Assembly (NCBI GenBank): GCA_018053995.1
Contig: JAGPKJ010000013.1
Coordinates: 1-35,302 of the forward strand
Origin: Lachnospiraceae bacterium
GTDB lineage: Bacteria > Bacillota > Clostridia > Lachnospirales > Lachnospiraceae
Direction: 5' to 3'
Length of the DNA stretch: 35,302 bases
A program made the position numbers and the translations under genes. The notes beneath the pieces are model-generated. The model was not told the DNA's origin, searched no databases, and saw nothing but the letters and a program-made list of their open reading frames with translations. Positions within the stretch are counted from its first letter, which is position 1. Each line of letters opens with the position of its first letter. Shown here one piece after another: positions 1-8,828 of this stretch.

Positions 1-235
1 TTCTATGACGACGTGCGTTTCTTCTTGCATCCTCTCTCGACTCTATCTCATCTGAGTTGCTTTCCTTTGCGCTATATGACTGCTTATCTATATCATCATC
101 GGCTTTTTCGGATTGCTCCTCAGTATCATTCTCCGCCTTTTCCTCGGTAAATTCCACCTGATCATCTTGTGCTGCATTTTCTATGTTTTTTTCAGCAATC
201 TGTTCATTAACATTTTTTTTGTGTTTTCTGCTCAT
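1..235 (-). CDS. Hypothetical acidic protein, N-terminal 78 codons only; the gene runs off the window start
   Basis: Minus-strand ATG at 233-235 is preceded by AGGAG with a 6-nt spacer. The frame is open through position 1 and reads MSRKHKKNVNEQIAEKNIENAAQDDQVEFTEEKAEND... The ORF track omits it because it has no stop within the window. No family recognised. Confidence 0.35.
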   Translation of the reverse strand, partial: MSRKHKKNVNEQIAEKNIENAAQDDQVEFTEEKAENDTEEQSEKADDDIDKQSYSAKESNSDEIESREDARRNARRHR

Positions 236-317
236 GTACGACTCCTGCCTTGCTTTGATTTTAACACAACTTCATCATACTATATCTTTCTGTCTTTTTC
301 TATGATTTTATACCTCT

Positions 318-444
318 CCATTCGTGCTTCGCACGATGGAACCCATCGCTATTCGCGCCGTTCGGAGCTGCGCTCCTCACTGACGCGATGCTCGTCTTGG
401 TTCCATTCGTGCTTCGCACGATGGAACCCATCCTCGCTATTCAC
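318..444 (-). repeat. Two direct repeats of about 40 nt, each containing a perfect 13-bp GC-rich hairpin
   Basis: Minus-strand sequence GGTTCCATCGTGC-GAA-GCACGAATGGAACC occurs at about 318-355 and about 399-444, roughly 85 nt apart, inside a 780-nt non-coding region upstream of the minus-strand gene at 1-235. Confidence 0.5.
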
Positions 445-1019
445 GCAAAATAGAAGCGGGCATCGACACATTTATCATCGACACCCGCTCCTAGACTGCA
501 ATACCCAATGGACTATACCTCGCTTTCGAATATTTCGCGTCGTTCCACATCTATTTGTATGTTTGATACTGCAGTGTTCCGCATCTGATGGGTTTTTCAC
601 TGCACTTCGTGGACACTGATCACGATTTTTTTATTTTCATTGAGTTTATGTTATATTTCTGTGTTTCTTTCAATATTCCGGTGGTTCGTACCTCCCTTCC
701 ATTCGATTTCTTTTTTCTTCTCTTTTGATAGTTTTATGATATCGCATGTACGTATATTTGTCAATACACTTTTGCAAAATTAATGTTGTATTTATAATAT
801 TTCGCATTTCCCCGCTTGTATTTGTTATTTGTCGCATTATTTGCCCTATATACTGTTTATTTGCGTGTAATTGTCTGAATTGTTGTTATATTTCATTGTG
901 TATACTTCAAGCTAAAGGTTTGATACACATAAAAAGAACCGCCATACTACCGCGCAGCATTACACTTTGTGCGCCTGCGGCATATGACAGTTCCTTTGGA
1001 ATAATCATGTATTTTGTGG

Positions 1020-2339
1020 TTATGCTCTTGTTAATACAAATATATCATAGATTGCCTTGATCGCCGTTTCAAAATCCTCATTCTTAACTCCGATAATGAT
1101 ATTAAGCTCTGAAGACCCCTGATCGATCATCTTGACATTGACACGTGCGTGAGCGAGTGCAGAAAAGATTCTGCCTGCAGTTCCTTGTGTTGATTTCATT
1201 CCTCGTCCAACAACGGCTACAAGTGCAAGGTCTGATTCTATATCGATTGTGTCTGGCTGTGAAAGTCTATGAATCTCTGATACAACCTGCTGTTCACGAT
1301 GCATAAAATCATCCTGATTGACGAACACAGTCATCGTATCGATTCCTGACGGTATATGCTCAAATGATATTCCGTTATCCTCAAATGCCTGAAGGACTTT
1401 CCTGCCAAAACCGACTTCAGAATTCATCATATCCTTATCGATATTGACTGCACAGAAGCCTTTCTTTCCTGCAATACCGGTAATTGTATATTCTGACTTC
1501 TGACATGTACTCTCTACTATCCATGTTCCGGAATCTTCCGGATCATTCGTATTTCTTATATTGATCGGTATGCCTTCTCTTCGTACCGGGAAGATTGCAT
1601 CTTCATGAAGGACGCTTGCACCCATATATGAAAGCTCACGAAGTTCTCGATATGTGATAGTCTGGATTTTCTTTGGTGAATCGATTATCCTGGGGTCGGC
1701 TATCATAAATCCCGAAACATCTGTCCAGTTCTCATAGACATCCGCTTTTACCGCACGTGCGACGATCGATCCTGTAACATCTGATCCGCCTCTTGAAAAC
1801 GTCTTTACTCTGCCGTCTTCATATGCACCATAGAAGCCGGGTACAACCGCGCTGTCCATCGAAGCCAGTTTCTCGCGCATAAGTTCATTTGTCTTTTCTG
1901 AATCGAATGTTCCGTCATCATTAAATCTGATAACGTCCGCAGCATCGACAAATTGAAATCCGAGGTATTCGCTCATAACGAGTCCATTCAGATATTCACC
2001 TCTTGAAGCGGCATAATCTACACCGATCTTATTTCTGAAATTCACATCTATCTTCTGAAATTCAGAGTCAAGACTGTAATTTATCCCAAGTCCCTCAATT
2101 ATCTCATCATATCTGTCTTTTATGGCAGTGAGCAGTTTATCATACGCCTTGTTATTTTCAGCAAGCGAATAACATTTATAGAGCATATCCGTCACTTTTG
2201 TATCATCCGGATTTCTTCTTCCCGGAGCTGACGGAACAACAAATCTTCTTGATTCTTCACTCTTAACTATACTTCCGGCTTTTTCAAACTGAGCCGCGCT
2301 CGCAAGCGAACTTCCACCGAACTTGACAACCTTCTTCAT
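1020..2339 (-). CDS. lysC: Aspartate kinase
   Basis: N-terminal KKVVKFGGSSL motif and C-terminal ACT repeats, length typical of aspartokinases. Start placed at the internal ATG (codon 2337-2339) because GAGGAG lies 6 nt upstream; the longer ORF start at 2360 directly abuts the upstream stop codon with no RBS. Confidence 0.9.
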   Translation of the reverse strand: MKKVVKFGGSSLASAAQFEKAGSIVKSEESRRFVVPSAPGRRNPDDTKVTDMLYKCYSLAENNKAYDKLLTAIKDRYDEIIEGLGINYSLDSEFQKIDVNFRNKIGVDYAASRGEYLNGLVMSEYLGFQFVDAADVIRFNDDGTFDSEKTNELMREKLASMDSAVVPGFYGAYEDGRVKTFSRGGSDVTGSIVARAVKADVYENWTDVSGFMIADPRIIDSPKKIQTITYRELRELSYMGASVLHEDAIFPVRREGIPINIRNTNDPEDSGTWIVESTCQKSEYTITGIAGKKGFCAVNIDKDMMNSEVGFGRKVLQAFEDNGISFEHIPSGIDTMTVFVNQDDFMHREQQVVSEIHRLSQPDTIDIESDLALVAVVGRGMKSTQGTAGRIFSALAHARVNVKMIDQGSSELNIIIGVKNEDFETAIKAIYDIFVLTRA

Positions 2340-2360
2340 CTGATTCTCCTCATATGTCAT

Positions 2361-3566
2361 TCACTTTGAAAACAATCTGTCGATCATCTTGTATCCTTCA
2401 GGTACAAAATTGCCTGATGCCGCAGCCTCATGTTCGTTATAATGCCAATCATGATTCTGTTTTGCCGTAGAATCATAGATCATATACGGTATCGGGTCAG
2501 AAACATGTGTCCTTAGGCGCACCGGTGTCGGATGATCCGGCATTATAAGCATTCTGTATGGTTCTCCGGATGCATCAAGACCTTTACATACAGGAGCTAT
2601 TATTCTTGAATCGAGATATTCTATCGACTTTACTTTCTTTTCAGCGCTGCCCTGATGTCCCATTTCGTCCGGTGCTTCTAGGTGCACATATGCAAAATCA
2701 TATCCCTGCTTTAAAAGCGCATCCAGCGCCGCCTGAGCTTTACCTTCGTAATTAGTATTAAGTCCTCCGTTTGCTCCTTCAACATGAGCAACTCCCATCT
2801 CTGCTCCTGTAGCTATGCCTTTAAGCAGATCGACAGCGGAAATCATCATGCCCTTTTTACCGGTCTTCTTTTCAAATGAAGTGAGTGCGGGTTTAGTTCC
2901 TGCGCCCCAGAACCAGCAGCAGTTTGCAGGATTAAGTCCCTTTGCTATGCGGGCTTTGTTCAGCGGGTGATCCTTAAGGATATCGTAGCTCTTCTTCATC
3001 ATCTCACGCAGTACCTTATCTTCCGGAAGATACTGCCCGATCTTCTGGGTGAGCACATCGTGCGGAGGTGTGAGTTCTACAACATGTCCGCCTTTCCATA
3101 TAAGACAGTGCCTGTAGCTCGTTCCAAGATAGAACCTGTACTCATCGTTCTCAATCTCGTCTCTCACCGCATCAAGCAGGACTTTGCAATCTTCTGTGCT
3201 GATCTCATCTGCACTGTGATCTATTATCGTATGTTCCTCGAATGGTATATCTCTTTCATCGGAAATAGTAACGATGTTGCATCTTATCGCGACATCCTTA
3301 TCCGTCATCGGCGCTCCGATGCTGAGTGCTTCGAGCGGTGATCTCCCTGAATAATACTTCTTGGGATCATATCCCAGAACCGCAAGATTAGCCACATCAC
3401 TGCCCGGCTTCATGCCCTCCGGAATCGTCTTTACCATTCCTATCTCGCTCATTTCAGCAAGTCTGTCCATCTCTTCTGTCTTTGCATATTCAAGCGGAGT
3501 CTTACCGCCAAGCTCATCTATAGGCTCATCAGCCATACCATCGCCAAGGATCACGATATATTTCAT
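2361..3566 (-). CDS. Cofactor-independent phosphoglycerate mutase (archaeal-type apgM) family protein, proposed non-canonical homoserine kinase
   Basis: 401-aa protein with an apgM-like N-terminus MKYIVILGDGMADEP...GKTPLE. It sits between hom and lysC, the known context of the TIGR02535-like proposed homoserine kinases. Confidence 0.7.
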   Translation of the reverse strand: MKYIVILGDGMADEPIDELGGKTPLEYAKTEEMDRLAEMSEIGMVKTIPEGMKPGSDVANLAVLGYDPKKYYSGRSPLEALSIGAPMTDKDVAIRCNIVTISDERDIPFEEHTIIDHSADEISTEDCKVLLDAVRDEIENDEYRFYLGTSYRHCLIWKGGHVVELTPPHDVLTQKIGQYLPEDKVLREMMKKSYDILKDHPLNKARIAKGLNPANCCWFWGAGTKPALTSFEKKTGKKGMMISAVDLLKGIATGAEMGVAHVEGANGGLNTNYEGKAQAALDALLKQGYDFAYVHLEAPDEMGHQGSAEKKVKSIEYLDSRIIAPVCKGLDASGEPYRMLIMPDHPTPVRLRTHVSDPIPYMIYDSTAKQNHDWHYNEHEAAASGNFVPEGYKMIDRLFSK

Positions 3567-3669
3567 TTTCTTTCTGCCTTCCGTCCCGGGTATCTGCTTA
3601 CCCTGATTTTTGTATTAATTCAGATATCTATTTTTCGCATAGGAATGTACTTCAAATGCATGCTGTCTG

Positions 3670-4872
3670 TTACTGCTCTATACGTATCCTGTTGATCACA
3701 TTCACTTTTGTCTCTGCATCCGCAATTGATTTTTCTGTCATGCTTCCTGTGATAAATGCATACTCTCCTGATACCTGTGCGGATATCTCTTCCTTCACAT
3801 CAAAGATGTCTGCTGCTTTATCCTTATCTGCCGCATGTAGTCTCACGAAAAATCTATGCTTTATCTTGTCCATGCTCAAAAGTGCCATATCTTCTTCACT
3901 CCAATAGCATGATGTACATACTCCAAGATGTCTTACCGAATCAATGACATCAGAAACTACTGCACTGGCTGTCGGAAGCTTACCTGCTCCACTTCCGTAG
4001 TACATCGTATCCCCGAGTGTATTCCCGTGAACAAAGATCGCGTTAAATACGTCATTTACCATGAAAAGCGGATTATCATCGGAAATAAGAAACGGAGCTA
4101 CCATAGCATAGATACCTTCATCGTTCTGCTCACTATTTGCAAGGAGCTTGATCGTACGTCCCATATAATGTGCATACTTGAAATCGTCTGCTGTAATCTT
4201 TGTGATGCCTTCTGTCGGAATATCACCAAACTTCACATTTTTTCCGCTCATAAGTGAAGAAAGTATGGCGATCTTACGGCACGCGTCAAATCCTTCAATA
4301 TCTGCTGACGGATTCTTCTCTGCGTATCCAAGCTCCTGTGCCTTCTTTAGTGTTGCATCAAAATCAGCGCTTTCTTTGTCCATCTTTGTAAGAATATAGT
4401 TTGTCGTTCCATTCAGAATTCCGGAGATCTTGACGATCTTTTCCGGAGTAAGAGAATAGTTGAGCGGACGTATTATCGGAATTCCGCCACCTACACTTGC
4501 TTCAAAAAGATAATTACATTTATTTTCCTTGGCAAGTTTAATGAGCTCTGCTCCATGATTGGCTACCAGCTCCTTATTGGATGTGCAGACACTCTTGCCG
4601 GCCATAAGTGCTTTCTTTGAAAAAGTAAATGCCGGCTCATTTCCTCCCATTGTCTCGCAGATAACTTTGACTTCGGGATCGTTCAGAATGATATCAAAAT
4701 CATGTACGACCTTCTTTTCATTCGGATCTCCTGGAAATTCACGCAGATCAAGAATATACTTGAGTCCGATCTCCTGTCCTGTTCTTTTTGTTATCACATC
4801 GCAGTTAGTCGTAAGAACCTCTGCTATTCCGCTTCCCACCGTGCCATAACCAAGTATCGCTGTCTGTATCAT
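3670..4872 (-). CDS. hom: Homoserine dehydrogenase
   Basis: NAD-binding motif ILGYGTVGSG followed by a homoserine dehydrogenase core and a C-terminal ACT region. The ORF-track start at 4908 is a TTG codon. The ATG at 4870-4872 (MIQTAILGYG) is preceded by AAGGAGG 6 nt upstream. Confidence 0.9.
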   Translation of the reverse strand: MIQTAILGYGTVGSGIAEVLTTNCDVITKRTGQEIGLKYILDLREFPGDPNEKKVVHDFDIILNDPEVKVICETMGGNEPAFTFSKKALMAGKSVCTSNKELVANHGAELIKLAKENKCNYLFEASVGGGIPIIRPLNYSLTPEKIVKISGILNGTTNYILTKMDKESADFDATLKKAQELGYAEKNPSADIEGFDACRKIAILSSLMSGKNVKFGDIPTEGITKITADDFKYAHYMGRTIKLLANSEQNDEGIYAMVAPFLISDDNPLFMVNDVFNAIFVHGNTLGDTMYYGSGAGKLPTASAVVSDVIDSVRHLGVCTSCYWSEEDMALLSMDKIKHRFFVRLHAADKDKAADIFDVKEEISAQVSGEYAFITGSMTEKSIADAETKVNVINRIRIEQ

Positions 4873-4924
4873 TCCGAACCTCCTTATTATTTGAACCATT
4901 CCTTGCAAATAAGAATGGCTGCTT

Positions 4925-5389
4925 TCATTCCTGTCCTACAACTTTAACGTTATGTACTCCACTGTGATTCTCCAGTTCTTTTAGCATCTCAGACATGTTG
5001 CCCGTCGTCTTCTGAACCTGAATACTGAGTGATAACGTTGCTACCCCGCTGACCGGGATACTCTGATGAATAGTAAGTATGTTAGCCCTGTACTGTGCGA
5101 TTATACGCAACGCATCCGATAACAGTCCCGGCTCATCCTCCATCTGAAACATCAGTGTAAATGTCGTTCCCCTCGCGCTCTCATGAAAAGGAAAAATATC
5201 ATTCTGATATTTGTAAAATGAACTACGGCTTATCCCTGTCCTGCTGATCGCTTCCTGCACAGATTCAGCTTTTCCTGATTCAATAAGCTGTTTGGCGCGC
5301 ACTACGTCAACGAGTACCTGTGGAACCGCTTTTTTTCTGACAATATAGTATTCACCATTATCTATGTTGTCTTCGTTATCCATATCCAT
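4925..5389 (-). CDS. ACT domain-containing protein, UPF0735/PheB-like
   Basis: Matches B. subtilis PheB-type ACT proteins in the stretch YYIVRKKAVPQVL...SRSSFYKYQNDIFPF plus an ACT fold. An internal ATG carries the RBS GGGAGAAAG; the exact start (5389 or 5383) is uncertain. Confidence 0.7.
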   Translation of the reverse strand: MDMDNEDNIDNGEYYIVRKKAVPQVLVDVVRAKQLIESGKAESVQEAISRTGISRSSFYKYQNDIFPFHESARGTTFTLMFQMEDEPGLLSDALRIIAQYRANILTIHQSIPVSGVATLSLSIQVQKTTGNMSEMLKELENHSGVHNVKVVGQE

Positions 5390-5447
5390 GTCTTTCTCCC
5401 ACGGACATATATCCATGTTTTTATAGATATTGTCTTTGCAGTGCGTA

Positions 5448-5498
5448 CACTTGTGCGCCAGTAAAAGATATCATAGCACAAGTGCACAAAATGGGCAA
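5448..5498 (-). promoter_or_regulatory. Putative sigma-A promoter of the ACT-hom-thrB-lysC operon with an inverted repeat flanking the -10
   Basis: Minus-strand TTGCCC-17-TATGAT. The 9-bp inverted repeat CACTTGTGC/GCACAAGTG (5448-5456 and 5476-5484) brackets the -10 element. Confidence 0.35.
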
Positions 5499-5560
5499 CA
5501 ACAAATTGTCTAATTTTAAGAACAATATTGACGAGATGATCGTCAAGGTTCAATTCGTGC

Positions 5561-5597
5561 AAAAAAGGAACGCACTTTCATTGTGCGTTCCTTTTGA
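5561..5597 (-). terminator. Rho-independent terminator of the small-membrane-protein gene
   Basis: 13-bp stem AAAAGGAACGCAC/GTGCGTTCCTTTT with a 7-nt loop and a T-run on the minus strand. Confidence 0.7.
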
Positions 5598-5637
5598 TGG
5601 TTAATGTATTATCATGTATCACCCATACCGGCAGCTT

Positions 5638-5934
5638 TTATTCTGCATCGTCTTTATCATCATCTTCAAAGAAGTCATCTTCGAAATCATCGTCGAAGTC
5701 ATCATTGAAGCTGTCAAGATAATCCGGTCTGAAATAACGGTAGATAAAATATGCAACAGCAATCCCCGCCGCTATCGCAAGTATAACAGTAAGGATAACC
5801 TTAAGTGTTGACCCGTTCTTTTCTTCTTCATCTTCTTCGATCGCATCACGGATCTTATCAAGTCTTTCTGTATTAAGATCTCCACACTTATCTGCAATAT
5901 CATGAAGTTTATCAACGACTTTGTTGTTTGTCAT
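5638..5934 (-). CDS. Small hypothetical membrane protein with a strongly acidic C-terminal tail
   Basis: 98 aa with RBS AGAGGTG, one predicted TM helix (ILTVILAIAAGIAVAYFIY) and the tail DDFDDDFEDDFFEDDDKDDAE. Confidence 0.55.
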   Translation of the reverse strand: MTNNKVVDKLHDIADKCGDLNTERLDKIRDAIEEDEEEKNGSTLKVILTVILAIAAGIAVAYFIYRYFRPDYLDSFNDDFDDDFEDDFFEDDDKDDAE

Positions 5935-6132
5935 AAATTCACACCTCTTTGCAAAAGATATATTAGATTCATCAATCTGTACTAATATTCATTGTAACCA
6001 TCCTGCGAAATGACATCATATCACGATAATCGATATGTTCTTTCACATAATAGTCTTCAGCATTTGTATTACCTATATAATAACACCATCAATAATAGTT
6101 TTCTACAATTTTTGCAACATTTTGGAACGATT

Positions 6133-8661
6133 TCAGATTTTCGTCAGTTTTGCAAAACCCGCATACATGATTTTCTGTCCGGCTTCATCAAATACGACTG
6201 TCACCTGCTTATCTTTTGATCCTTCTTCGATCTTCACGACAGTTCCCTCTCCGTATCTGAAATGGCTTACACGATCGCCTTCGCCATATCCAAGCTCTGT
6301 TCCAGTCGAAGCAGAATTTCTGTTTATCACGTCATTAACTCTGGCGAGATACGGCTTTTTTTCAGATGATGTCTTCTCCGGCGCATGTATCGCTCGCGGT
6401 TTTATAAATGCTTTGGGATGTGGAAGTTCAAAAGCATCTTCAGCAGGTCTGCCGTACTGTTCGTTGTAAGAAGACGATGATCCACGACTGTAGCTGCTGC
6501 TCCCGGTATAATTTCCACTACGACTGTAACTGCTATTAAAACTTCCGCTATATTCGCGCCTGTATCCATTTCCACTGCTGTTATAATCGCCGGTACGTCT
6601 GTAACCATCATTGCTATTACCGTTTGCGCCATAGCTTCCGCGTCTATACCCACCGTTATCTTGCCTCATAAATGGCGGCATATCATCGTCATCATCACTG
6701 TCATTATTCAAAGAAAGATTCTGAGGTGCCTTGTCAAACAGTTCCGGCGGAATCTCCATTGCAAATCTGCTCACATCTCTATACTGTGTCTCCCCACGAA
6801 CCATTCTGCAGCGGGCACTCGTCATCGTGAGCTCATCTTTAGCTCTTGTTATACCAACATATGCGAGTCTTCTCTCTTCTTCCATATCTGACTCATCCGG
6901 CGATTCGATATTCTGTTCGCCCGGAAACAGGCCATCTTCCATTCCTACCAGATATACATTAGGAAATTCCAGTCCCTTTGCACTATGAAGTGTCATAAGA
7001 AGAACCCTGTTATTTTCATCAGCGACCTGATCGATATCTGCTATCAGCGCAACCTCTTCAAGAAATTCTCCAAGATTAGCCTCTTCATGCGTTTCTTCAT
7101 ATGACACAACTTTACTTACAAGTTCTCCGACGTTTTCTATCCTTTCATCTGCATCATCCTTATCATCTGAGATGTCCTTCACATAATCACGATATCCTGT
7201 TGTATCGATAACATCGCCGATAAGTCCTTTCATTCCATATGACCCGAGTCTGTTCCTGAAATTCATTATCATATCTGTAAAAGGTTTTAATTTCGACGCA
7301 CTCTTCCCGATAGTCATTATGCTGTCAGCTTCGCATAGGGCATCAAAGAAACTGATCTGTCTGCCATCAGCATATTCCTGTATCCTGTCTATCGTTGTCA
7401 CGCCGATTCCCCTCTTGGGAATATTGATTATACGTTTGACTGACATATCATCACGGCCGTTATCTATCGTCTTCAGATATGCTAAAATGTCTTTTATCTC
7501 TCTTCTGGAATAGAAGTTAGTCCCACCCACTACATTATAAGGGACAGCCTCCATAACCAGCTGCTCTTCGATCAATCGCGATTGAGCATTCGTTCTGTAG
7601 AGAACGGCGAAATCTCCATATCTCTTATTTTCCTTGGCAGAAATGCTGCAGATATCATCTATAACAAATCTTGCCTCATCGTATGCATTCTCAAACTGCC
7701 TGAAACGTATCTTTTCGCCTTCGCCGCGATCCGTCCACAATGCTTTTTCTTTTCTTCTGGCATTATTTTTTATCACAGCATTGGCCGCATCCAGGATATT
7801 CTGCGTAGACCTGTAGTTCTGCTCAAGTTTGACAACAAACGCGTCCGGATAGACACTTTCGAAATCCAGGATATTTCTTATGTTTGCCCCTCTGAATCTG
7901 TAGATAGACTGGTCATCATCACCTACAACACAGAGATTCCTGTATCTGTCCGCCAAAAGTCTTATAAGTTCGAACTGGGCAGTGTTCGTGTCCTGATATT
8001 CATCGACCATAATATATCTGAATCTTTCCTGATACGATCCCAGCACTTCACCATCTGCTTTAAACAGTTCAACGGTCTTTACAAGAAGATCATCGAAATC
8101 CATAGCATCATTCTTCTTCAGTTCATTCTGATATTGAAGGTATGCCCGTGCTATTCTCTCTTTTTCGTAGTCACCTCTTGCTCCTGCCGCATACCGTTCA
8201 GGTCCTATCAATTCATCTTTAGCGGACGATATCGCGTTGAGTATCGTCTTTTCCTTGAGCTGCTTAGTATCTATATCAAGTTTCTTGCAGACTTGCTTCA
8301 TAAGAGACTTCTGATCATCCGAATCATATATCACAAAATGATCATCATATCCGATTCTGTCTGCGTACCTGCGAAGAATTCTGACACACGTTGAATGAAA
8401 CGTCGCGACCCATATGCTTTCCGCTCCATTTCCGACTATCTTATTTATCCTGTCACGCATCTCACCGGCAGCCTTATTTGTAAATGTTATCGCAAGGATA
8501 TTCCAGGGATTGACCCCTTCATTCTCGATGATCCATGCAGTTCTGTTCGTGAGTACTCTTGTCTTTCCTGATCCCGCTCCTGCCAGGATCAGAACCGGTC
8601 CATTCGTATGGCGAACCGCTTCCTGCTGAATATCGTTAAGACTGTCTATGATGCTGCTCAT
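6133..8661 (-). CDS. pcrA: ATP-dependent DNA helicase PcrA (UvrD family) with an extended low-complexity linker before the C-terminal Tudor-like domain
   Basis: Walker A motif AGAGSGKTRVLT and the UvrD helicase motifs. An S/Y/G/R/N-rich stretch of about 110 aa is followed by a conserved C-terminal domain ...HFRYGEGTVV...VVFDEAGQKIM. Confidence 0.9.
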   Translation of the reverse strand: MSSIIDSLNDIQQEAVRHTNGPVLILAGAGSGKTRVLTNRTAWIIENEGVNPWNILAITFTNKAAGEMRDRINKIVGNGAESIWVATFHSTCVRILRRYADRIGYDDHFVIYDSDDQKSLMKQVCKKLDIDTKQLKEKTILNAISSAKDELIGPERYAAGARGDYEKERIARAYLQYQNELKKNDAMDFDDLLVKTVELFKADGEVLGSYQERFRYIMVDEYQDTNTAQFELIRLLADRYRNLCVVGDDDQSIYRFRGANIRNILDFESVYPDAFVVKLEQNYRSTQNILDAANAVIKNNARRKEKALWTDRGEGEKIRFRQFENAYDEARFVIDDICSISAKENKRYGDFAVLYRTNAQSRLIEEQLVMEAVPYNVVGGTNFYSRREIKDILAYLKTIDNGRDDMSVKRIINIPKRGIGVTTIDRIQEYADGRQISFFDALCEADSIMTIGKSASKLKPFTDMIMNFRNRLGSYGMKGLIGDVIDTTGYRDYVKDISDDKDDADERIENVGELVSKVVSYEETHEEANLGEFLEEVALIADIDQVADENNRVLLMTLHSAKGLEFPNVYLVGMEDGLFPGEQNIESPDESDMEEERRLAYVGITRAKDELTMTSARCRMVRGETQYRDVSRFAMEIPPELFDKAPQNLSLNNDSDDDDDMPPFMRQDNGGYRRGSYGANGNSNDGYRRTGDYNSSGNGYRREYSGSFNSSYSRSGNYTGSSSYSRGSSSSYNEQYGRPAEDAFELPHPKAFIKPRAIHAPEKTSSEKKPYLARVNDVINRNSASTGTELGYGEGDRVSHFRYGEGTVVKIEEGSKDKQVTVVFDEAGQKIMYAGFAKLTKI

Positions 8662-8696
8662 TACTGTTCTTCCTCTCTAAATCATATATTTTCATG

Positions 8697-8760
8697 TAAT
8701 GTTAAAAGTAGCAATTGTGTTATGATGCTGCGAATTGCTTTGTGCATCTTCTATAGGTAG
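8697..8760 (-). repeat. Copy D of an intergenic repeat family (GCAATTC...CAATTGC inverted-repeat core plus a TTTTAACA/TGTTAAAAG tail), directly upstream of the pcrA start
   Basis: The minus-strand sequence GCAATTCGCAGCATCATAACACAATTGCTACTTTTAACATT aligns with copies at 20911-20986 and 23917-24000. Confidence 0.6.
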
Positions 8761-8765
8761 AAAAT

Positions 8766-8793
8766 ACCGTCAGTTTCCTGACGGTGTTTTCAG
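8766..8793 (-). terminator. Rho-independent terminator downstream of the SPFH gene
   Basis: 8-bp stem ACCGTCAG/CTGACGGT with a 4-nt loop, T-rich on both sides. Confidence 0.6.
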
Positions 8794-8828
8794 AAATGAA
8801 ATATTTATTCTGGTTTTAACTTTTGCAG

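Noticed and set aside
318-444. A possible mini-CRISPR array, since the two 30-40-nt repeats each contain a hairpin
   Set aside because: Only two repeat units are present. The spacing of about 85 nt gives a spacer of about 50 nt, longer than typical CRISPR spacers. No cas genes are nearby. The pattern is more consistent with paired regulatory or structural hairpins.
1019-1020. An intrinsic terminator immediately downstream of lysC (about 930-1019)
   Set aside because: A GC-rich segment with a following T-run is present (minus-strand GCCGCAGGCGCAC...GCTGCGCGG...GGCGGTTCTTTTT), but I could not fold it into a clean stem by eye, so it is not listed as a feature.
113-1060. Plus-strand ORFs 113-619 (168 aa) and 746-1060 (104 aa)
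   Set aside because: Phe/Leu/Cys/Ile-rich junk composition with no RBS. They overlap a better-supported minus-strand gene start (1-235) and a structured non-coding region, and the second runs into lysC on the opposite strand.
2360-2360. ORF-track start codons taken at face value (lysC 2360, hom 4908, fbp 15301, hisA 13347, typA 18040, xpt 25023, addB 32715)
   Set aside because: Several of these M residues are GTG or TTG codons translated as Met, or they lack an RBS. Starts were moved to RBS-supported ATG codons where one was evident. GTG was kept for xpt and TTG for addB, because their RBS spacing and N-terminal homology support those starts.
5417-5637. A T-box leader upstream of the hom operon
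   Set aside because: No T-box consensus (AGGGTGGNACCGCG) or specifier-loop architecture was found. The leader is only about 150 nt.
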